DNA of 64,000 nucleotides from Escherichia coli (GTDB lineage Bacteria; Pseudomonadota; Gammaproteobacteria; Enterobacterales; Enterobacteriaceae): NCBI RefSeq assembly GCF_024700885.2, contig NZ_CP117016.1; one strand, 5' to 3'. Shown piece by piece: positions 60,116 to 64,000 of this stretch (position 1 is its first letter; each line of letters starts with the position of its first letter). The notes under the pieces were generated by a model. It saw only the letters and a program-made list of their open reading frames with translations, ran no database searches and was not told where the DNA came from. The position numbers and the translations under genes were made by a program.

Positions 60116-60325
60116 GTTGGACTTCGCCTCTATGTTTATCGTGATGATGAGTTTTCAAAGGCGAAGTGTAGCCTGTTTCCTTATCTAATCCCAGCCGGTC
60201 GATCACCCTCGCAGTAAAAGTAAAAAAGTGTCCGTAACGTGGCGTAAACGGCAATGACTGGTTAGCATAAATCTATTACGTGGCATGACGCTGCATTGAT
60301 GTATTTACACTTAGAGGATGCGCTT

Positions 60326-62263
60326 GTGGAAAAAGCCAAACACGTTACCTGGCGGCTGTTGGCTGCCGGTGTCTGTCTGCTGACGGTCAGCAGTGTGGCG
60401 CGAGCCGACTCACTGGATGAGCAGCGTAGTCGTTACGCGCAAATCAAGCAGGCCTGGGATAATCGACAAATGGACGTGGTTGAACAAATGATGCCTGGAC
60501 TGAAGGATTATCCGCTTTATCCCTACCTGGAATACCGTCAGATCACCGATGACCTGATGAATCAACCGGCGGTGACGGTCACTAACTTTGTTCGCGCTAA
60601 CCCCACGCTTCCTCCCGCTCGCACGCTGCAATCTCGTTTCGTCAATGAACTGGCGCGGCGTGAAGACTGGCGTGGCTTGTTAGCCTTTAGCCCGGAAAAG
60701 CCCGGAACTACCGAAGCGCAATGTAATTACTACTATGCGAAATGGAACACCGGGCAGAGTGAAGAAGCCTGGCAAGGGGCGAAAGAGCTGTGGCTAACCG
60801 GCAAGAGCCAGCCTAACGCCTGTGACAAGTTATTCAGCGTCTGGCGTGCGTCAGGTAAACAAGATCCGCTGGCGTATTTAGAGCGTATCCGTCTGGCGAT
60901 GAAAGCGGGTAACACTGGACTCGTAACAGTGCTGGCAGGGCAGATGCCTGCCGATTACCAGACTATCGCTTCGGCAATCATTTCACTAGCGAACAATCCT
61001 AATACGGTACTGACCTTCGCGCGTACAACCGGAGCGACCGATTTTACCCGTCAAATGGCGGCGGTGGCGTTTGCCAGTGTAGCGCGGCAGGATGCTGAAA
61101 ATGCACGGCTGATGATCCCGTCGCTTGCCCAGGCGCAGCAGCTTAATGAAGATCAGATTCAGGAGCTGCGCGATATCGTCGCCTGGCGTTTGATGGGCAA
61201 CGATGTCACCGACGAACAGGCGAAATGGCGTGATGACGCCATTATGCGTTCGCAATCTACTTCGCTTATTGAACGCCGTGTGCGAATGGCGCTTGGCACC
61301 GGCGATCGTCGCGGCCTGAATACCTGGCTGGCGCGTCTGCCGATGGAGGCGAAAGAGAAAGATGAATGGCGTTACTGGCAGGCGGATTTACTGCTGGAAC
61401 GCGGACGTGAAGCTGAAGCAAAAGAGATTTTGCATCAACTCATGCAACAGCGTGGTTTCTACCCGATGGTTGCAGCACAACGCATCGGAGAAGAGTATGA
61501 GCTGAAGATTGATAAAGCGCCGCAGAATGTTGACAGCGCCCTGACTCAGGGGCCGGAGATGGCGCGCGTGCGCGAGTTGATGTACTGGAATCTCGATAAC
61601 ACCGCGCGTAGCGAGTGGGCCAATCTGGTGAAGAGCAAGTCAAAAACAGAGCAAGCTCAACTGGCGCGGTATGCTTTCAACAACCAATGGTGGGATCTTA
61701 GCGTTCAGGCAACGATCGCCGGGAAGCTTTGGGATCATCTGGAAGAGCGATTCCCGCTGGCTTACAACGATCTTTTCAAACGTTACACCAGTGGGAAGGA
61801 GATCCCACAAAGCTATGCGATGGCGATTGCCCGTCAGGAGAGTGCCTGGAATCCGAAAGTGAAATCGCCGGTAGGGGCCAGCGGCCTGATGCAGATTATG
61901 CCGGGCACGGCGACCCATACGGTGAAGATGTTCTCTATTCCTGGTTATAGCAGCCCAGGACAATTGCTGGATCCGGAAACGAACATCAACATTGGCACCA
62001 GTTACCTGCAATATGTTTATCAGCAGTTTGGTAATAACCGTATTTTCTCCTCAGCAGCTTATAACGCCGGACCAGGGCGGGTGCGAACCTGGCTTGGCAA
62101 CAGCGCCGGGCGTATCGACGCAGTGGCATTTGTCGAGAGTATTCCGTTCTCCGAGACGCGCGGTTATGTGAAGAACGTGCTGGCTTATGACGCTTACTAC
62201 CGCTATTTCATGGGGGATAAACCGACATTGATGAGCGCCACGGAATGGGGACGTCGTTACTGA
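60326..62263 (+). CDS. slt: Soluble lytic murein transglycosylase
   Basis: 645 aa from GTG start; signal peptide, C-terminal lysozyme-like domain (ESAWNP...GLMQIMP). Confidence 0.9.
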   Translation: MEKAKHVTWRLLAAGVCLLTVSSVARADSLDEQRSRYAQIKQAWDNRQMDVVEQMMPGLKDYPLYPYLEYRQITDDLMNQPAVTVTNFVRANPTLPPARTLQSRFVNELARREDWRGLLAFSPEKPGTTEAQCNYYYAKWNTGQSEEAWQGAKELWLTGKSQPNACDKLFSVWRASGKQDPLAYLERIRLAMKAGNTGLVTVLAGQMPADYQTIASAIISLANNPNTVLTFARTTGATDFTRQMAAVAFASVARQDAENARLMIPSLAQAQQLNEDQIQELRDIVAWRLMGNDVTDEQAKWRDDAIMRSQSTSLIERRVRMALGTGDRRGLNTWLARLPMEAKEKDEWRYWQADLLLERGREAEAKEILHQLMQQRGFYPMVAAQRIGEEYELKIDKAPQNVDSALTQGPEMARVRELMYWNLDNTARSEWANLVKSKSKTEQAQLARYAFNNQWWDLSVQATIAGKLWDHLEERFPLAYNDLFKRYTSGKEIPQSYAMAIARQESAWNPKVKSPVGASGLMQIMPGTATHTVKMFSIPGYSSPGQLLDPETNINIGTSYLQYVYQQFGNNRIFSSAAYNAGPGRVRTWLGNSAGRIDAVAFVESIPFSETRGYVKNVLAYDAYYRYFMGDKPTLMSATEWGRRY

Positions 62264-62337
62264 TCCGCACGTTTATGATATGCTATCGTACTCTTTAGCG
62301 AGTACAACCGGGGGAGGCATTTTGCTTCCCCCGCTAA

Positions 62338-63200
<863 letters not shown>

Positions 63201-63239
63201 TCAGAAAATTAACGTTACAGCAGTATACGGAAAAAAAGC

Positions 63240-63887
63240 ATGTTACAGGTATACCTAGTCCGCCACGGTGAAACGCAGTGGAACGCCGAGCGACGTATTC
63301 AGGGCCAGTCTGACAGCCCGCTGACCGCCAAAGGTGAGCAACAGGCGATGCAGGTGGCAACCCGTGCCAAAGAGCTTGGCATTACGCATATCATCAGTAG
63401 CGATTTAGGGCGCACCCGGCGTACGGCGGAAATCATCGCCCAGGCCTGCGGCTGTGACATCATCTTTGATTCTCGCCTGCGTGAATTAAACATGGGTGTG
63501 CTGGAAAAAAGACATATCGATTCTCTGACCGAAGAAGAAGAGAACTGGCGTCGGCAGCTGGTCAATGGCACCGTTGACGGGCGTATTCCTGAAGGCGAGT
63601 CAATGCAGGAGCTCAGCGATCGCGTCAATGCGGCACTGGAATCTTGCCGGGACTTACCGCAGGGAAGCCGACCGCTGCTGGTGAGCCATGGTATTGCACT
63701 GGGATGCCTGGTGAGTACGATTCTCGGATTACCAGCATGGGCAGAGCGTCGCTTACGTTTGCGTAACTGTTCTATTTCGCGCGTGGATTATCAGGAAAGC
63801 CTGTGGCTGGCGTCTGGCTGGGTCGTTGAAACCGCAGGGGACATCTCGCATCTGGACGCCCCTGCATTAGATGAGCTGCAGCGTTAA
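63240..63887 (+). CDS. gpmB: Phosphoglycerate mutase family protein GpmB (YtjC)
   Basis: 215 aa, histidine phosphatase motif LVRHGETQWN. Confidence 0.85.
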   Translation: MLQVYLVRHGETQWNAERRIQGQSDSPLTAKGEQQAMQVATRAKELGITHIISSDLGRTRRTAEIIAQACGCDIIFDSRLRELNMGVLEKRHIDSLTEEEENWRRQLVNGTVDGRIPEGESMQELSDRVNAALESCRDLPQGSRPLLVSHGIALGCLVSTILGLPAWAERRLRLRNCSISRVDYQESLWLASGWVVETAGDISHLDAPALDELQR

Positions 63888-64000
63888 CGACGGATCGGAA
63901 TCAGTAGTTCACAGCGCAGATTAATTGGGCGATCTCCCGCTTTGGCATCTTCTGCCGGGTAGTATCGCTCAATATCCTGACCTTTACGGCGCGTCAGGTT
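63884..64000 (-). CDS. rob: Right origin-binding protein Rob, C-terminal fragment (partial at window edge)
   Basis: Minus-strand ORF running off the window end, C-terminus ...LLIPIRR, overlaps gpmB stop by 4 nt. Confidence 0.55.
   Translation of the reverse strand, partial: NLTRRKGQDIERYYPAEDAKAGDRPINLRCELLIPIRR

Noticed and set aside
58286-60217. Plus-strand ORFs (58286-58927, 59465-60217) overlapping ettA
   Set aside because: Antisense to the conserved ABC-F gene ettA; no supporting features.

Overview
64-kb Escherichia coli-type chromosomal window, read directly from the sequence and ORF translations; no database search or tool was run. Coordinates 1 to ~35.8 kb are the right-hand part of a lambdoid prophage whose integrase end lies outside the window. 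Gene order is canonical: O-like replication initiator with internal iterons, a nin-like region (LexA-DNA-binding-domain-only protein, RusA, KilA-N antirepressor, DUF968), Q antiterminator, a lipoprotein moron, a DNA methyltransferase, a phage-21-type lysis cassette (pinholin, SAR endolysin, Rz/Rz1), cos, terminase, portal, protease/capsid fusion, lambda-like tail genes Z-U-V-G/GT-H-M-L-K-I-J, lom and a repeat-rich side tail fibre. The most notable feature is low-GC cargo at the prophage right arm: a small multi-TM membrane protein gene overlapping a ~456-aa reverse transcriptase gene, a candidate RT-based anti-phage defence operon that I cannot assign to a named family. It sits next to a dinI-like gene with two LexA boxes. 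The prophage ends at an inferred attR inside the 5' end of prfC, which carries a phage-supplied N-terminus. Coordinates ~35.8 to 64 kb are conserved core genes: prfC, osmY, ytjA, yjjU, yjjV, yjjW, yjjI, deoCABD, lplA, ytjB, serB, radA, nadR, a ~5-kb accessory oxidoreductase island, ettA, slt, trpR, yjjX, gpmB and a partial rob. No rRNA, tRNA or CRISPR array was found.
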